Assembly: GCA_965208325.1 (NCBI GenBank)
Contig: OZ242326.1
Location: forward strand, 4,576,001 to 4,640,000
DNA from: Candidatus Poribacteria bacterium
GTDB lineage: Bacteria > Poribacteria > WGA-4E > PCPOR2b
DNA: 64,000 nucleotides
Direction of reading: 5' to 3'
How positions within the stretch are numbered: position 1 is the first letter of the stretch; each line of letters opens with the position of its first letter. The notes under the pieces are model-generated. The model was not told the origin of the DNA. It did no database searches and was given only the letters and a program-made list of their open reading frames with translations. Shown here piece by piece: positions 62,083 to 64,000 of the stretch. The position numbers were made by a program, and so were the translations under genes.

Positions 62083-63774
62083 TTATTTTTTATAAGCGGA
62101 TCGATCGGTATTTCCCCCGTATTTCATCGCATACACAAATAAATTGACCATAAACCGATGCACATCAGCGGATCGGCGCATCCTTAGCATGGTCCGACTT
62201 GGGATTTCTGCTGTTTCCATCGCACAGAGATAATCCTTCCGATTATAAAGCACTGCGACACGACGTCCAATCGTAATCGCCTTATGGTATTTAAACTTCG
62301 TGACTTTAGGATTATTTTCCGATCCCCAGTACACATCAGACCCATTCGGAGGGATTGATAGCTTATAATAGATGGAATAAATCTCATGGTTGTGTGGGAT
62401 TGACTGAAGCGGATATTCTGGCAGGATTTTTTTCAATTCATCCGCGACACGCGCGGCGAACAAGCCCTTGAACCCGCAATCATCGAAAAATAGCGTCCCA
62501 CCGCGTTCCACGAGGTATTTTCTCATTGCCGACCGTTCTGCAGGAGTAAAGCCCACCATCCACGGCTCGCCCCGCATTAGATTACGCGTTGTGGTCAATT
62601 CTTTATCGTGTCCGGTCATAACAATGATGGGTGCATCAAGGATTCTCGGATCTGTCATTCGCATGGCGCCGCCCTCCAGTTTCATATCCGCACGCAGGCG
62701 AGTATTGTCCGATAACCACCGCATGAAACTCGGCAGCGCCGAGGGATCTTGCCACCAATCTGCTAGTGAATGAATTAGTCGAGTGAAGCGGATATGACCT
62801 TGTATGTCAGCGCCCTCCCCTTCTAATATTGCACCTAACTTATCATCAGGCACCGTCGTGATTTTAGCCAACGGATCGTCTCCAACGCCTCCGGCGCCAG
62901 CGTCGGCTGCCCCGACCGTGCCAACTAGCGAGTCAATACCGCCTGTTCCGCTTCGGCCGCGTCCGTTTATTGCCTCTGTACCTGACCCGCGCCCCTTATC
63001 GGGACCTCGACGCCCGCCGACTGCGGGGGCAATGACCTCCTCGTTGCGCTTGGGTTCGATGTCTGCCACCGTCTTTACAGGACTATCTACAATCGTATCC
63101 GGAACTAATGGGGACACGTCCATCGACACACGGCTTGGGGCAGCCGCGACAGGCCTAGCAACTCGCGGAGCAGAAGACACTCGAACGGGTTGGGAAATCT
63201 GTTGCGCGGGTTGGGGCACCGGTTCAGGCGGTTTGGGCTTGATCTTTTTCAACCGCCTAACCTTCGGCTGCGGCTTCACCATCTCGACCGCAATCGCATC
63301 TTTAATTTCATCCGCGTCGTCCCTTGCAAACAGGAAAATAGCGAAAGCCAAGATAACGTGTGAGACTACAGAGAATACCATCGAATTGCGCACCGTACGA
63401 CGTTTTGGCGTCACTACCGCGATTGCTGTTTCCGCCGCTGGAGACTGTGGCACGTAGGTAGACGCGCTCAGGTAATAGGTCTGTCCGCCGCAATCCACTT
63501 GCATTTGCCCTTCCGGGAGCATGCGGAACTCGGCGCGTTGTCCGGCACGGACTACCTCACTCAGCCGTCTGACGGGCAGAATTACCGTCCCCGGTTGCGT
63601 AACATCCGCGTCAATTGTAATTTTTGTGTCTGAGGTTGAAAGCTCTAGCTTATCGTTCTCAATGCTACGCACACGCACATCGGAGATATACTCTAGGTGA
63701 TTATCTCGCGCCGCCCGCGACTGGAGAGACTTGATTGCTTTTAGAAGGTCCGCTTGTTTGGCTGTGAATTGCAT
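62083..63774 (-). CDS. Fusion: DnaN domain-I-like region, TonB/TolA-type TM helix, Pro/Gly-rich linker, DUF4159
   Basis: AAGGA RBS 8 nt before ATG; aa 1-104 resemble the DnaN N-terminus; TM at about aa 132-150; C-terminus shares GG.LF.DD.G, IP..H.IY and M.VN...YA with 38426-39103. Confidence 0.75.
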   Translation of the reverse strand: MQFTAKQADLLKAIKSLQSRAARDNHLEYISDVRVRSIENDKLELSTSDTKITIDADVTQPGTVILPVRRLSEVVRAGQRAEFRMLPEGQMQVDCGGQTYYLSASTYVPQSPAAETAIAVVTPKRRTVRNSMVFSVVSHVILAFAIFLFARDDADEIKDAIAVEMVKPQPKVRRLKKIKPKPPEPVPQPAQQISQPVRVSSAPRVARPVAAAPSRVSMDVSPLVPDTIVDSPVKTVADIEPKRNEEVIAPAVGGRRGPDKGRGSGTEAINGRGRSGTGGIDSLVGTVGAADAGAGGVGDDPLAKITTVPDDKLGAILEGEGADIQGHIRFTRLIHSLADWWQDPSALPSFMRWLSDNTRLRADMKLEGGAMRMTDPRILDAPIIVMTGHDKELTTTRNLMRGEPWMVGFTPAERSAMRKYLVERGGTLFFDDCGFKGLFAARVADELKKILPEYPLQSIPHNHEIYSIYYKLSIPPNGSDVYWGSENNPKVTKFKYHKAITIGRRVAVLYNRKDYLCAMETAEIPSRTMLRMRRSADVHRFMVNLFVYAMKYGGNTDRSAYKK

Positions 63775-64000
63775 TGTTAGTTTCCTTCGCTGTCATTTAA
63801 GGCCTTTTTTGCCCTATCAAGATAGTCGAGAATTTCTGGCTCGTCGGCGGCTAAGTCGGGTCGAGACGTACCGCTTCATCAAAGTCAGCGATTGTGTCCG
63901 CGGATTGTATTATTTAAAACTTCGTCCTACAACATCAATAGTAGACAACAATGTACTCCGAATTTAGTCGATTTGCCGCGTCATATTTCGCAATCGTTGC

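Noticed and set aside
62804..63457. 217-aa Pro/Ala/Ser-rich plus-strand ORF
   Set aside because: Antisense to the low-complexity linker of the 563-aa fusion gene.
63463..63774. dnaN pseudogene interpretation
   Set aside because: No stop or frameshift; in frame with the TM and DUF4159; no dnaA, recF or gyrB in the visible flanks, though only about 225 nt upstream are in the window.

Overview
Bacterial chromosomal window with no rRNA, tRNA, CRISPR array or intact mobile element that I can detect. The left half (1-24 kb) is an accessory-type region: an FG-GAP/ASPIC-UnbV protein, a secreted tail-fibre-like protein, ino1, two TolB-like PD40 propellers, three PhyH dioxygenases, a P-loop kinase, a membrane spermidine-synthase-like methyltransferase, a LamG protein, a 3'-5' exonuclease, a beta-helix protein and an M20 peptidase. 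The middle holds nadC, rho-rpmE-prfA-prmC, a second ASPIC-UnbV protein and a VWA/GATase-like, DUF4159, DUF4175 operon. The minus strand from 42.9 to 61.7 kb carries the str-S10-spc-alpha cluster, which lacks rpmD, adk, map and infA at their usual positions. The gene mix suggests Candidatus Poribacteria (inference, not searched). Most interesting are: (1) 62083-63774, an apparent fusion of a beta-clamp (DnaN) domain I, a TonB/TolA-type SxxxH membrane helix, a Pro-rich linker and DUF4159; (2) a shared C-terminal L-[SA]-V-x-P-x7-W-x2-[IL]-K tail on two unrelated families of secreted proteins, a candidate sorting signal; (3) unusual substitutions in S12, S5, S7, L6, EF-G and Rho. All family assignments come from motif recognition by eye.
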